A stretch of 64,000 nt of DNA from Moniliella sp. 'wahieum'. Lineage: Eukaryota. Below the pieces are notes generated by a model. The model saw nothing but the letters and a program-made list of their open reading frames with translations, had not been told where the DNA came from and did not search any database. Within the stretch, counting starts at the first letter, position 1; each line of letters starts with the position of its first letter. This document shows, in pieces, positions 24,149-36,942 of the stretch. A program made the position numbers and the translations under genes. The stretch covers positions 62,001-126,000 of the forward strand of contig RSEE01000054.1 of the NCBI GenBank assembly GCA_003971905.1. The letters are read 5' to 3'.

Positions 24149-25382
24149 ATGGTCTTTGCCTCTGTGCTCCGTGCTGCCCCGCGTGCTGCCTGCGTGGCCA
24201 CACGCTCTGCGCCGCGCGCAGCTGCCTCTGCTGCCTCTCCCTCCCCTCGCCCGCGAGGCCACCCGCCTCACCGCCCTCGTCACCCCCCAGCAGCTCCGCA
24301 ACGCCTCTGGCAGCGGCGATGCCCCCAAGGAGCTCACCGTGCGCGATGCCCTCAACAGCGCCATGGAGGAGGAGATGCTGCGCGACGAAAAGGTGTTTAT
24401 CCTCGGCGAGGAGGTGGCCGAATACAATGGCGCCTACAAGGTCACCCGTGGTCTGTTGGACAAGTTTGGGCCCAAGCGGGTCATCGACTCGCCCATCACC
24501 GAGGCCGGCTTTAGCGGTTTGGTCGTGGGTGCGGCCTTGTCGGGCCTCAAGCCGATTTGCGAGTTTATGACCTTCAAGTGAGTCCTGTGTCCAGCGTGCA
24601 CGCGCCCGAGCGAACCGAAACTGACTCGAGCCGGTGCGGTAGCTTTGCCATGCAGGGCATTGACGATCATCAACTCGGGTGCCAAGGTCCACTACATGAG
24701 TGGTGGCGTGGCTACCTGCCCAATTGTTTTCCGTGGCCCCAATGGCGCGGCGGCCGGTGTGGCTGCCCAGCACTCGCAGGACTACTCGAGCTGGTACGGC
24801 CAGATCCCGGGTCTCAAGGTCCTTTCGCCCTATGACGCGGAGGATGCACGTGGCCTCCTCAAGGCCGCCGTGCGCGACCCCAACCCGGTCGTGTTCCTTG
24901 AAAATGAGATCCTGTATGGTCATTCCTTCCCTGTTACGCCAGAGATCTGTCGGACGACTTTGTGCTGCCCATTGGCAAGGCTAAGATCATGCGCCCCGGT
25001 AAGGATGTCACCTTGTCACCCACACCATCAACGTCGGCCACGCGCTTGAGGCCGCTGAGCAGCTCAAGAAGGAGGAGGCATTGAGGCTGAGGTGATCAAC
25101 CTGCGTTCCATCCGCCCCTTGGACATTGACACGATTATTGCGTCGATTAAGAAGACCAACCACCTGGTCACGATCGAGTCTGGCTTCCCTGCGTTTGGGG
25201 TGGGCTCGGAGATCTGCGCCCAGATCATGGAGAGCGAGGGCTTTGACTACCTCGACGCGCCTGTGGAGCGTGTGACGGGTGCCGATGTGCCCACGCCCTA
25301 CGCCATCAACCTCGAGGCTGCTGCTTTCCCCTCGACCGATTCGGTCGTCACGGCTGCCCGGCACGTTTTGTACCGCGCCTAA
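24149..25382 (+). CDS. PDB1: Pyruvate dehydrogenase E1 beta subunit
   Basis: [14 protein letters not shown]...[58 protein letters not shown]; intron 24578-24642. Confidence 0.96.
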
Positions 25383-25868
25383 GTAGCCCTTTCTTCTGAT
25401 GCTTCTAGCTTCATTTGCTCTCGTTGTTATCACGAACAAATAGTACCCCTATCCTTGGCGATCCTTTGTCGGAAGTGGTCAAATAGTACTAGGAAACCCC
25501 CTTTGCTCCACGCAGGCCAGTGCGAGCAAGTACCGCCGACTCTCCATTGGTAAAAACCTCGAGGGCATAGGAACGAATGACTCTCATGCGACGCTTGATG
25601 GATTTGATGTCATCGACTACCTCGGTCAAACTCATCCTCCAGAGGTGAAATGAGCGGGTTATGAGGCCGTCTACTTAGAAGCAAAAGGATCCCATGCCTA
25701 CTGATCCGGCCGGTCGGGCCGGCGGGTGGCTGCGTGAATACGGATCTCACTTCCCCAGCAGCCCTGTACGCATCTACCTTGAGCCTGCATCGGACCTATT
25801 TCTGCCTTTGATGTCCCGCCTGTACGTGGAATGCAACCAAACATGAATTGTCCTGGCCTCGCAGCCGG

Positions 25869-27620
25869 TCACAGCCAGTCGTCATCCGATTCGTCCATAT
25901 CAGCATCGGCAATCTCGTTGGCCAACTCTCTCTCGCGCTCGCGCGCCGAGGCTGCCTTGGCCAACTCGGCCTTGTGGTGGTTGAGAGGGTAGCGCATCGC
26001 TTTGAGCGACTCGTTGTGCAACTGGAGCGTAAAGGCAATTCGTTGGTTGAATTGGACTTGGGGCTCGGATGTGGTATAAATGTCGACTTTTTCCCTCGAT
26101 TCCATATACCCTTCCTCATGGTGCACTTTGGCCTCAATCACGCCATCGCGGATCGCCTTGGCGATAATGTACTCGGCATCCTCCTCGCTTTCCAGAGCCA
26201 ACTTGCGCGTCACGTCCTTCAGCGAAATCTGGCTGTACGCCAAGGAAATCATGCGGATGCCTGTCTTGATGACATTGTGCCGCAGGCGAATGATGAGGGA
26301 CAATGTTTGTGTCCGCTTTGAACAGCGATTCGTACCGTGACAAGGCTGCTTGGAAAACGGAGAGATCGCCAATCCGTACCGCTTGCACAATCTCCAGGTA
26401 GGGAGCGAGCGGCTTCTTGAGTGCGTCGATACGGAAGATGGCGGTCGGGAATATCGCCCATCAAGAGTTCAACAACGACAAAAAGTTTGTACGCCGATTG
26501 AAGGAAGCCGGCGGCACTCTGGTATGCTGGACCCGTGCCAGGCGTGGCACCAGCGGGTGTGACAGCCGGTTGAGGAGCGCGGCGAATCGCACTTTGCAAA
26601 TGCTCATGCGCTTCGGTATAGTTGAGCTGCACCGCACGAATCCGACCAACGTAATACTCAAACCGCGCGATCTGCCCATTGGATACTTGAAGCGCGGGAA
26701 GGGCGCGCGGGATACGAGCTTGTCCGCCTGATCGTACAAGTTGGATTCAACCAAGTAGTAGCGCAGGAGCAAATTGATAATGGTCGCCTGCGTCTCGGCG
26801 TCATGGCGCAGCGACGCAGTGCGATGAGCGTCCAACAAAAAGTCCCTCTCGCCGGCCAAGGCGGAGCCCTTGTGGAGGTGTTGCTTGATCAGCTCCACCG
26901 CACGGCCAATGTAGTACACGACCTTGGCACGAGCAGGTCCAGCGAGCGCTGGTTCTTGGCCACAATGCCTGCGTACGTCGTTCGGAGCAGCTGCAACGCC
27001 TGTTCGTACTTGCGGTAATCCAAAAGATAAATGGAAACCAAGAGACTAAAGTATGCCTCCAGTTCCGAAACAGCCTCCGAATCGGAGAGTAGGGCTGCTC
27101 AAAAAAACTGCTTCTTGGCTGCTTCTTTCTTGGCCTTCTCCTTTGCTTTTTCCTTCTCCTTTTCAGCTTCGATCGTCTTGGGCCCCTTCTCGACAGCAGC
27201 GTCATCCGCGGCTTTTTCATCCACTTGCATGGCATCCTTCTCAGCCTCGGGCTCCACACGCTTGTGGACGTATGGCTCAGGAAGCACACTCAGGAACTCG
27301 GCACGAAGGGGGGACTCTGCACAAAAAGACAAGGGTCAGGTTAGTTAGGGAGAGCCTAAGCCATCGGCAGTTCTAGCATACCCTTGGAAATGCCTTCCGA
27401 CACAGCTGTGGCAAGCACGTCGGCCACACATCAATCCGCTTGCGCGTGTAGGGGATGGTCCGGAGGACGCGGGCCGTGAAGCGGGTTCGAGGAGAGTGAC
27501 ACTGCGCTCAATCAGGGCCAGGTTTTGGCGTAGCAGGAAGAGCAGTTCACTCTGCGGCGGCACCTCGGGTGCCTCGGGCGATGCGCTGTCCGCCTTGGGC
27601 TCTTCCTTCTTGTCTGCCAT
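25869..27620 (-). CDS. RPN3: 26S proteasome lid subunit RPN3
   Basis: [85 protein letters not shown]; intron about 27318-27382. Confidence 0.95.
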
Positions 27621-27965
27621 GGGGGAGAGAGAGTGGGCGAGGTGGTGGGCGAGGTCCGAGGTAAGCAGCCGGCCTACCCAACTAAGTGCGGCGGGTGTTG
27701 CCTCCTGGGCCCGAACGCGTCACTACGTCAGCGGAACCACATCAGGCTGGCATTCCGCTCCCCGATCACGTGTGGGGTGTGGGTGGCAGGTATGCAGGCT
27801 GTCGGATGCAGAATGGCCACCGGTCACCGGTCACCGACCACGCAATTAGCCCCCAATTGAACCACGCAAACACCAGCCCACCAACACTTCGTATGAATGT
27901 AACAGAACCATCTAATCCTATCTGACGTATCCAAGCCGCGCCCCGAGAAGCCCGGACGACGTCAC

Positions 27966-29526
27966 TCACTTGCTCGTTCCCGCCGCCTTGCCCGAGATGT
28001 ACTCAGGGCGCTCGGCATCCCGGTACTCTTGTATCACTTCCTCCACCGTCTCATGTGCCTCGTCAAACTGGGCAATGTCAAAGCCAGGCTCCTTCTTGTA
28101 GTTGTCGAGGAACGCATTCCGCTTGTACAGCAAGTCAAACTGCTCCAGTACCCTTTAAACGTGCCAGACATGCCCGTGTGGTTCGCCAGCATCAACCCAT
28201 TCACCCGATGGCTCGACGGGACGTAGGGGCTGCGCTTGGCCAGCGCAACCTGCACCGACGCAGGTGCCCACGGGATGAAGCAAGTCGAATGTTTCTCCCG
28301 GATGCGAAGCAAACTCTTGTGCACCTCGCGTGGGTCCACATCGCCTTGGACGATATCCATAATCGACATGTAGCAGGCCGACTTGCTGGCACCCTGCATG
28401 CTTACCATCCGGTTCTTTGGCTGCAATAGCCGTTGCATCACGTCCAGCACGGTTGTCTTGGCCATGGGTTTGCCGCGGTCCACCGTGTCGGCAGTAAAGG
28501 GTGTGTAAGCCGTCATCAAAAAATGGCACCTTGGCGTAGGAATCAAGGAGGCCATCATTCCCACCTATATTAGAACGAGTCTCATCAGTCACCAGTTACG
28601 ATCTTTCCACCAAAGTTGCAATTAGGGAGAACGTACAAGCTGGTTGTTCATGTAGCTTGGGTATCGCAAAGTCAAAGTCGCAGCGCTCATCACCGTGCTG
28701 ATCATCTGATTCATTTGACTAAAAGGACCAACGTCAGTACGAGGGAGGCGGTAAAGTAATAGATTAGAAAACACGCACTTGACACTAGGTTGATGGAGGT
28801 GAAGGCGATCAGTTGCGATGCGACCAAGTGACCCGTTGTCCAGCACGACAACAGCATCGGCATTGTCGACCAGGCGTTTCATAGTCAAGATCGCATTGTA
28901 AGGCTGAACCACAACATCCGAGTTTCCGACATGTTGGGGAAGACAGTAGGTTTGGATCAATGCCTTTGGGTATGCATCGTTCAGGGCTTCTAGCAGATAG
29001 GACCCCAAGCCTGACCCTGTTCCACCGCAATACTGTGGAGGAGGGTGAAGCCCTACAAGAGGAGAAAACGAGTTAGGACCTAGCAATACAGTTGTAAATG
29101 ATCAATAGTAAGCCCGAACGCACCTCTAGACTATCGCTGCCATCGACCTCACGATCAATCATTTCGGTCAGCCCCTCGGTGATTTTCTGACCTGCAGAGT
29201 ACCCATGAGCCCAGTTGTTGCCAGCACGCCCCCCTCTGGAGAGATGAAGATGTTCTCAGAGTTATAAAAGTTGCGAAACGCACCGCCCGTGACGTTCTGG
29301 ATCACACGCGGCTCGAGGTCGACGAGAATGGCACGCGGCACGTAACGTTCGTCGTCGGCCTGGTAGAAAAGACATCCTTGCGGTCGCCTGCGGTACCCTC
29401 TGTGGCAAATTCGGCCAGAGTACCATCCTGGGTAATGCCATGCTCACGGCAGATCTGCTCCCAGAATGCGGCGCCAACCTGGTTGCCGCATTGGCCGGCC
29501 TGGATGGTGATGAGCTCGCGTGGCAT
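27966..29526 (-). CDS. TUB4: Gamma-tubulin
   Basis: [18 protein letters not shown] start, GGTGSGLGS signature, [48 protein letters not shown]; several short introns. Confidence 0.95.
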
Positions 29527-29837
29527 GGTGGGCGTGTGGTGGTTGCTTGTGTTGGTACACGCGCCGCTTAAGCGCCAAGCGCTTTTATATAGCCGTGCCC
29601 TGGGCACCGCCTCCCCCCCAGCCGCCCCCCACGCTCTCAGGCCAGAGTCGCAGGGCAACGCGGGGTTGAAATATTGCAATGCTGGGTCTCCTTCACGCGA
29701 ATTCCGCTGTCTGCCGCGGAATCTCACTCACAAAATTTCTTTGCCTCGCTCTTCCTGTCGACTGGACGGGAGGATTTTCCCACCTTCTCTCCCAAGTCTG
29801 ACGCCCCTCGCTCCAATCTCTTTTTTTCCTCTTCAAA

Positions 29838-30843
29838 ATGGCTTTCGGTGACCGTGGACGTGTGGTGGACGTGGTGGATTCCGGGGGGGACGCGGTGGTC
29901 CCCCGGTCGTGGCGGGCGTGGCGGCGGCCGTGGCGCACCCGTGGTCGTGGTACGTTTTGAACCTTTGATTCCCTATTGGTTGTCCGCACCCAGCTCACCC
30001 GCCTGCGTTTGATGTCTGTAGGTGGCTTTGGCGCTGCTCGTGGTGGCGGTCGCGGCGGTGCTCGCGGCGGACGCGGCGCTCCTCGTGGCCGTGGTGCGCC
30101 CCGTGGTGGCGCGCGTGGCGGCAGCAAGGTGATCGTCAAGCCTCATCGTCATGCTGGCGTTTTCATTGCCGAGGGCAAGGAGCACCTGCTTGTCACGAAA
30201 AACATGGCCCCCGGCGATTCGGTGTATGGTGAGAAGCGCATCTCTGTCGATGTGGTCCAGGACGACGGTGTGCCGGTGCCAAGGTGGAGTACCGCGTGTG
30301 GAACCCGTTCCGTTCGAAGCTCGCGGCCGGTATCCTGGGTGGGTTGGACCACATTCACATTCAACCCGGTGCCAAGGTGCTGTACCTGGGTGCTGCCTCT
30401 GGCACGTCCGTGTCGCATGTGGCGGATGTGGTTGGCCCGACGGGTGTGGTGTACGCTGTTGAGTTTTCGCACCGAAGCGGGCGTGACTTGATCAACATGG
30501 CCAAGAAGCGGACCAACGTGATCCCCATCATTGAGGACGCTCGTCACCCTCAAAAATACCGCATGCTGGTCGACACGGTGGACGTCATCTTTGCCGATGT
30601 GGCCCAGCCGGACCAAGCTCGTATTGTTGCGCTCAATGCGCACTACTTCCTCAAGGACCAGGGCCATGTCGTTATCTCGATCAAGGCGTCCTGCATCGAC
30701 TCGACGGCGCCTGCCGAGGCGGTGTTCGCATCGGAAGTCAAGAAGCTGCAGGGCGAGATGTTCCGTCCGCGTGAGCAATTGACGCTCGAGCCTTACGAGC
30801 GGGACCACGCTATGCTGGGGCGCAGTACCAGCGCCATGCCTAA
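29838..30843 (+). CDS. NOP1: Fibrillarin (box C/D snoRNP 2'-O-methyltransferase)
   Basis: RGG/GAR N-terminus, [59 protein letters not shown]; intron 29950-30020. Confidence 0.97.
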
Positions 30844-32298
30844 GCTGGATCCCTGATTCCTCGCTGATTCTCGCGCATCTCGCCCCAAAATCTGGGGGCA
30901 CGCTTGCCCCACGTCTTGTACACTAGCCCCCATGGGAGGATTGCATTCGTGGTTCCCGTCCTGAACCCTCCTCTCATACACATCTTGATCAACAAACTAT
31001 ATGGCCTATGTCCTCTCTTTTCTTTCCGAGTCGGCCTCTTTTCGAACGCTGGATAGGGACAGCACAATGGATAGCAATGCGTGGCACTGCCGCTTGGCAG
31101 ACGTCGTCCAGCCTGACTCGAAACCTAACCTGAGCAAACCGTTGAGCAAACGCACGGTTAGCTTTTGAGCAAGGCGTAGGAAAATAGCCGCAGTAGGTCA
31201 GGTGGCGACCCTGGCGACACACAGTAATCTCCATCTCTATTAGTACTGCAACCATATCACTGACGGAACAACGAGATGAAACGCTGTGCCTAGTAAACCT
31301 ACCCCTTCATCTGGCGTGTATTGCTCCTTACACACGACCCCGTTTATAGGGAAGCAGGGGAATCGCCAGAAGATCAGGACCTTGTGGTGCCCGCCACATC
31401 CGTTCCCATACAACCGCCGAAGATAGCGCGTGTGGATATGAAAGTCAACGCGATAAACACATCCGAGCGATGACACCTTTTCGTCAATCCGATACGCGGC
31501 CCTCACCTTCTGCCTCAGCCCCGAGTTGCACAGCGCAGTGTGGTCCACCTCCATTCCTGATCCTCCGATTGTTCCAGGTCCCATCACTCGGTAGTCAGTA
31601 CGCTTTGCCTATGGCACTCACTGACCAGGTTGGCAGAACCAGCGTGGGGCGGCTACCTTTTGGTTTCTCCCCCCATCTAAGTCAACTGTGCCGTAGCGGT
31701 GAACCAAGGTGCCAAACACCCATCAGGGCCAACTGCCAGGGTTGTGCGAGTCGGAGGCAACCTCATCTATCCTCTCCAGGCCGGTTCACGCGTGCTCACG
31801 AATGGCCTTTCGGGCGGCAACCGCGCCCCGATGCAGGCTGGGGTTGTGGTGACTAGCAAGCTACTACGCTACCACTCGCTACCACGCTACCACGCCATGA
31901 GAACCGTGCCCTCCCCCCGGGCCAGGACGCGCGAGCAAGTTATGGGGTCGTGAAGCAACATCACTAGATCAGAGTAGCGCAGGCACGGTAGGACCCAGGG
32001 CACGGAGCCAGGGCCGCAAAAGCACGAGTAGAGGGCCGCGCGGCGCGGGACAGAGGGAATCCGCGAGCCTCGACCCCCGTCCCTGGCACGAGAACGTAGC
32101 CCAACAATCAAACAGACAAACAAAACCTGGTGGCAAGGCGTGCGTGTGCGTGTGCAGGCCCAACCCAGCCAGCCAGCCAAAAGGAATACGAACACGAGTA
32201 CGAACACGAACACGAACCCATCCGCCCAGGGTAGGAGGGTGGAAGGGGCAGGGGCAGGGGCAGAGCAGGGCAGTAGTAGAGCGGGGGGGTAAGGGGGA

Positions 32299-35200
32299 TT
32301 AGGCAAACAACAATGACAAATAATCCTGCTCGCGGGCTCGGTTCGCTTGTCTTGTCTCTCGTTCTCGTTTTCGTTCTCGTTTTCGTGCTCGTTCGCCGAG
32401 GGAGGACAGGCGAGACGAAAGAGGGAGGGACAAGGAGCTTGGGCACTCAGGGCGTCCATTCCTGCTTGAGTCTCGAAGGGACAAAGCGGAGCGAGGCAAA
32501 CCGCCAACGATCGAGGCTAGTACGTTGCTCCGCGCCGGCGGTGTAAATGGCCGGCACGCCGCGGGGCCTTGTTCCGGCGGAGGCGGCGGGTGCGGAGGCA
32601 AGTGGTGCGACGAGGGCAGGGGGCGGACGAGGCGAACGCGCACGTTCTTTGCCCACCGCGGTTTGAGCGGCGCAGTAATCTTGTTGTTCCGGATCATCTC
32701 CAGCTCCAACGAGAGCATGTAGAGGTGCTTGCCATTGGCCAACAGACGCGGGCGCATCGTACGCGCGCCCGCACCTGCGCCCGCACCCGCACCCGTACGC
32801 GCACCCGTACGCACACTGGCTCCGCCCGACCCAGCACCCCCCGCAGCAGGTTCTCGCTCTACTTCCGTCTTGGAGTTGCGCCGCGTCGGAGGCGGCGAGG
32901 CCGTGCCCGAGCGAAGCGAACGTGACCGCCGCACCCGTCTCGGCGCCTCGTCGGCGGCGGGGCCGTCGACGCTGGCTCAACCATACTCGTCGGACGGCGG
33001 CGCATGCCCTTGGATCGTCGGCGACCCGTCTCGACCGCCGCAACGTCGGATCGTCGACGGCGCGGGAAAAGGTCACAAGTAGATTCCAGGCGGCCCTCTC
33101 GCTCCTCTCCTTCCTGCTTCTCCTTCCCCTCCCCCTCCCCTTCCTCGCCCTGCTGGGTGTGGGGCAGGGTGAGGACTGGCGGCGGGTAGGAGGACAGTGT
33201 CGATCGCGCTGTGTAAGACGGCGCGAAGGTCGTTGGTGCCCAAGCGCAGAAGAAGAAGCGGACAGATCCGAGGCCAGGCTCACCAGCCCACGCGACCGAC
33301 TGTGGGTCGAACGTACCCGGTCGGCCGAAGGGGTGCGAGAGCGCGAGCGGCCACGTACCGGCTCGTCCTCCAGCGCAGTGCTACGACTGGACCGCACCTC
33401 CACGCCCACGCCCACGCCCACGCCCACGCCCACCCACGCTCCCACTCGCTTCCTCCTCGTCGGGATCGGGAGGAGAGAGAACAAGGTTTCTTCCAGCGCC
33501 AGCGCCAACGCTTCCGGGTCCAGCACATGAGTTGGATCGGCCTCCTCGGCTGGCGGCGCCGGGACCGGGCGATGGAGTCGCTTGTCTTCCGCCTCCTCCT
33601 CGGGGACCTCGCCCGAATGCAGCCGGTACGTCTCGAGGACACCATAGAGGAGAGCTCCACGTCCGGGTCTACCGGTTCCCCTAACCCCGCCACATAGGCC
33701 GACGCTGACGCATCCGCTTCCCAGGGCGTCATCACGCCCGCCCCTTGGAACTGCCAGCCGGAGCGGCCTGAGCCGCTTCGCCTGGGCCGGTCCTGACGCT
33801 CCCAGTCCCATTCCAACTCCATGGCGGGGAGGCCGAGCGTGCGACGCCTGAGGCGTGCGCATCCTTTTCCGCCACAACGGGCGCGGCGGGCAAGCCGATC
33901 GGGCAGGCGGAGTAAAATAATTGGGCAAGCGGGAAAATTGGCGCAGCGAAGCGGCCAACAGCCCGCCTCGTCGTCGCGGCGGTCGATCGACGGGGACGAC
34001 CGAGGGTGCAGAGGTAACCAATACACTGTCCGTTCCGTCGCTGGCCTCTGGCAGAGCAGGTGGGAGCGGCACGTCCCCGTCCAATCCTGATTCCGATCCC
34101 GATCCCGATCCCGATCCCGATCCCAGCCTCTCCTCGGGGATCCGTGGGCTGAGAGATGGCGTCACCGTGTCGGCATCGGAACTGGTCGAGGTGCGTCGGC
34201 TTCCTTGCAGGGTGGCGTGGAAGTTGGAAAGACGGGCGGCAAACCATTCATCGGGGGGCGTGGAGGGGCTGGTGGCTCGCGAGGCGTGAGCGCCAAAGGG
34301 ACGGTAGGGTTGGTTAAACCCATGTTGCAACGGGTCGTCCGACGCCTCAATCCGAATTCGCATTGGTGCCCGTGCCGTACCGAGCTCAGGGCGAGGGGGA
34401 GAAACGGGATCGGTGGGAGTGGGCGTGGGCGTGGTTTGGTCAAGCGAATCAGAGTCGAGCAGCTCATCCCAAGACAGTGTCACGTCCTCTGGGACCATAT
34501 CGGGTGGGGAGCTCGGGCAGGAGCGTCGGCCCGGGATGGCCGGCTGGATGGGCCCAAGAGAACTGCCAAGGAAGGGGAGCGAGAGGCACGGGCTTGGGCT
34601 GAGAGCGTGCCCTGGGAGGCAAGACGGGGATGGCGCGCTCAGTCGGGCAGGGGCGAGGGAGCTCGTCGGCGGTGCTGATCAGCCTCAAGCGCAGCCAGGG
34701 CATGCACGCGTGCCCCTAGTCCCGAGCTGGAAGCATCAGAGCGCTGTACCAAGCCACGAACGTGTTGCGACAGCGTCGACCCTTGCCTGTTCTCCTCGTC
34801 CAAGGAGGGTTGCAACGCTTGGACCCTTGCCAGACGAGAGTGAGGGGAAGACGGATGCACATTCTCCGTCATAGCATTCAACGTAGCACTCGCAACAGCG
34901 AGGGATACGGCCGCCCTAGGTGCGGCGGTAGCGGATAGCCGCATCCGCGCCGGAGGCGAGAGAGAAAGAGACTGTGCCGGAGAGGAACGGGCGGAGCGGC
35001 AGGAAGAGGTCGACAGGGGACTGGTACTTGTTTGGGGCAATGAAGTGTCGCCTGGCCTGTCTCGCCCTTGGCTAGGGCTTGTGCTCATCGTCTCGATGGA
35101 GCTGAGAGAGGAGCCAGACGACGACAAGGAGGCGGGCAACCCTCCAGTAGAAGGCAGGGGTGGGGGGACGGCGGGCGAGCAGGCGTGCAGGGCCGGTGGT

Positions 35201-36170
35201 AGGGGCTCGGTGAGAACGGGGGCAGTCGGACTGGTGGCAAGCTTGTCCTTGGCCGAGGGGGCAGACAAGAGTCTAGGAGACAGCAAGGATTCGTGCGGCG
35301 GGCCATGGGGGGACGGGGTGTCCTTGTTGGCCACAGACCAGCGGGTGAGGCGGGGGTGCAGGACATGGCCTGGTCGGAGGGGGCGGCATCATCACACCTC
35401 GCACGCGTCCTGCCGCGCTTGGGGCTGCAGCTTTTGCTTCTTCCGCGTCTCTGCCCTTCCAGTTCTAGACTGGACGCAGTGGCAGGCGGAAGCGGATGCG
35501 TGGACACAGCAGAGGAGGGTGGGGGGATAAGGGCGCGCGAGAGATGCTCACTGCGGCCACGGCGAGGCGAGTGGGCAGTGCGGGAGCGACGCAGCCGCGG
35601 GATTTGAGGGCAAGCGGCCAAGACGGCTTCATCAAAGCCCAGGCCCTGTTGGCGGCGGGCGGCCTTCCATTGGCGCAACTGGCGGGCCGCCTCCTGGTCG
35701 GCCGAACGGGAAGAGCCAACGGGGTAGCGGGGAGCGATGGTGGGCACGAGATGGGGAGCGTACGTACGTGGACGGTGGAGGGGGGGAGGGCGAGGAGGCA
35801 GTGGATGGCTGCGAGTCCAGGATGGGGCGAGAGGGGGCATTGGGGGCGGGGCTAGCCGTGCTGGGATGGGGATGGGGGTGGGCATGGGCATGAGCATGGG
35901 CATGAGCATGGGCATGAGCATGGGCATGAGCATGGGCATGAACATGGGCATGAGCATGGGCATGAACATGGGCGGCATGTGCGTCTGCCTGGGCACGGGA
36001 GGCGGCGAAGGAGGCCGGGCGGTGGGGCTGGCGGTGGCGGGGCTCGAGGGCGCCAAAGGAGGGCGGAGGGCCAGAGGCGGCGGGCATGGCGAGCAGCTTG
36101 TCGGGGTGGGCGGGGCAGCGCAGAGGGGGATACGCCAGCGCGGCGCTGAGGGGCGGCAGCACCATTCCCA
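32299..36170 (-). CDS. Large low-complexity hypothetical protein (one or two genes, frameshifted) with a His-Ala tract and C-terminal LYMLSLELEMIRNNKITAPLKPR block
   Basis: Chain of overlapping minus-strand ORFs (35632-36183, 35085-36383, 34639-35334, 32447-34498, 32299-32934), Ser/Pro/Arg-rich; boundaries uncertain. Confidence 0.45.
35878..35972. repeat. (GGCATG-ARCATG)n hexamer-based tandem repeat
   Basis: About 15 hexamers read directly; gives (His-Ala)n on the minus strand. Confidence 0.9.
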
Positions 36171-36660
36171 GCGCGGCGGGCACCGTGGGGGGGGGAGGCG
36201 GAGGGCGGGGGGGAACGCCAAGGACGACAGGCGAATGGCCGCCTGTCGTTTGCCAGCCAGGGCCACGATGCGTGATGTGTCATGCACCAGCGCAACCATG
36301 TGCGCCCACCCCCCAACCGCATGCCTCGGCGGCCGACTCGCATTGAGCACGCCGCCTCCAAGTTCACGATTCCGGGCGCTCACCGCTCAGCCTGCTGCCA
36401 TGTGATCCGCTGCGAGCGGGTCACTACCCGCCGCCCAGCACAGCCCCCCTGCCGTTGATGGCGCCTGTCTTGCCTCCCAGCGTGACAGCGCCCGTCACGT
36501 GCCAGCCCGCCCGGCCTGTCTTCCGTACGCGCCTCTTTCCCACCGCCGGCCACTTTTGGCTGGCACACTGCAAAAGCTTAGCGTGTACATCGTCCACCCC
36601 ATGGCCTCGATATTCGATAATCGATAACCCCCCGATAATCCACCTCGGCCCCCGCCCCAT

Positions 36661-36877
36661 TGTAAGACCGGAGGAACCCAAGGGATTGGGTGAAGAACCT
36701 CTGGAAATGTAGAGCAATGCAATCGCGATGGTGGTGGTTAAGGTCTAAGCCTTGTGCCACACCTAGAGACAGGGGTTCAGACAAGCCTGAGTATACACGT
36801 GGAGGCTTCGGAGGACAAATCAGGGGTGAAGGGTGATGAGGCGCCTTGGCCTAAGTACGGGACCACGGGTCCCAACA
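36661..36877 (-). repeat. 3' LTR of the copia element
   Basis: Base-for-base identical to 42002-42218 by eye; minus strand reads TGTTGGG...CTTACA. Confidence 0.97.
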
Positions 36878-36942
36878 CCCCCCCGGGCCAAGGGAACGAA
36901 AGAAGCCCGTTGGCCATCAACAAAAGAAAAGTAGAAAGGGGA

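Noticed and set aside
23449..24427. Long antisense and alternative-frame ORFs in GC-rich regions (also 32-36 kb and 53-54.5 kb)
   Set aside because: Expected from stop-codon scarcity at high GC; they overlap better-supported genes.
30989..31860. Possible small spliced gene or snoRNA host downstream of NOP1
   Set aside because: One intron-like segment only; no convincing ORF and no C/D box pair with a terminal stem identified.
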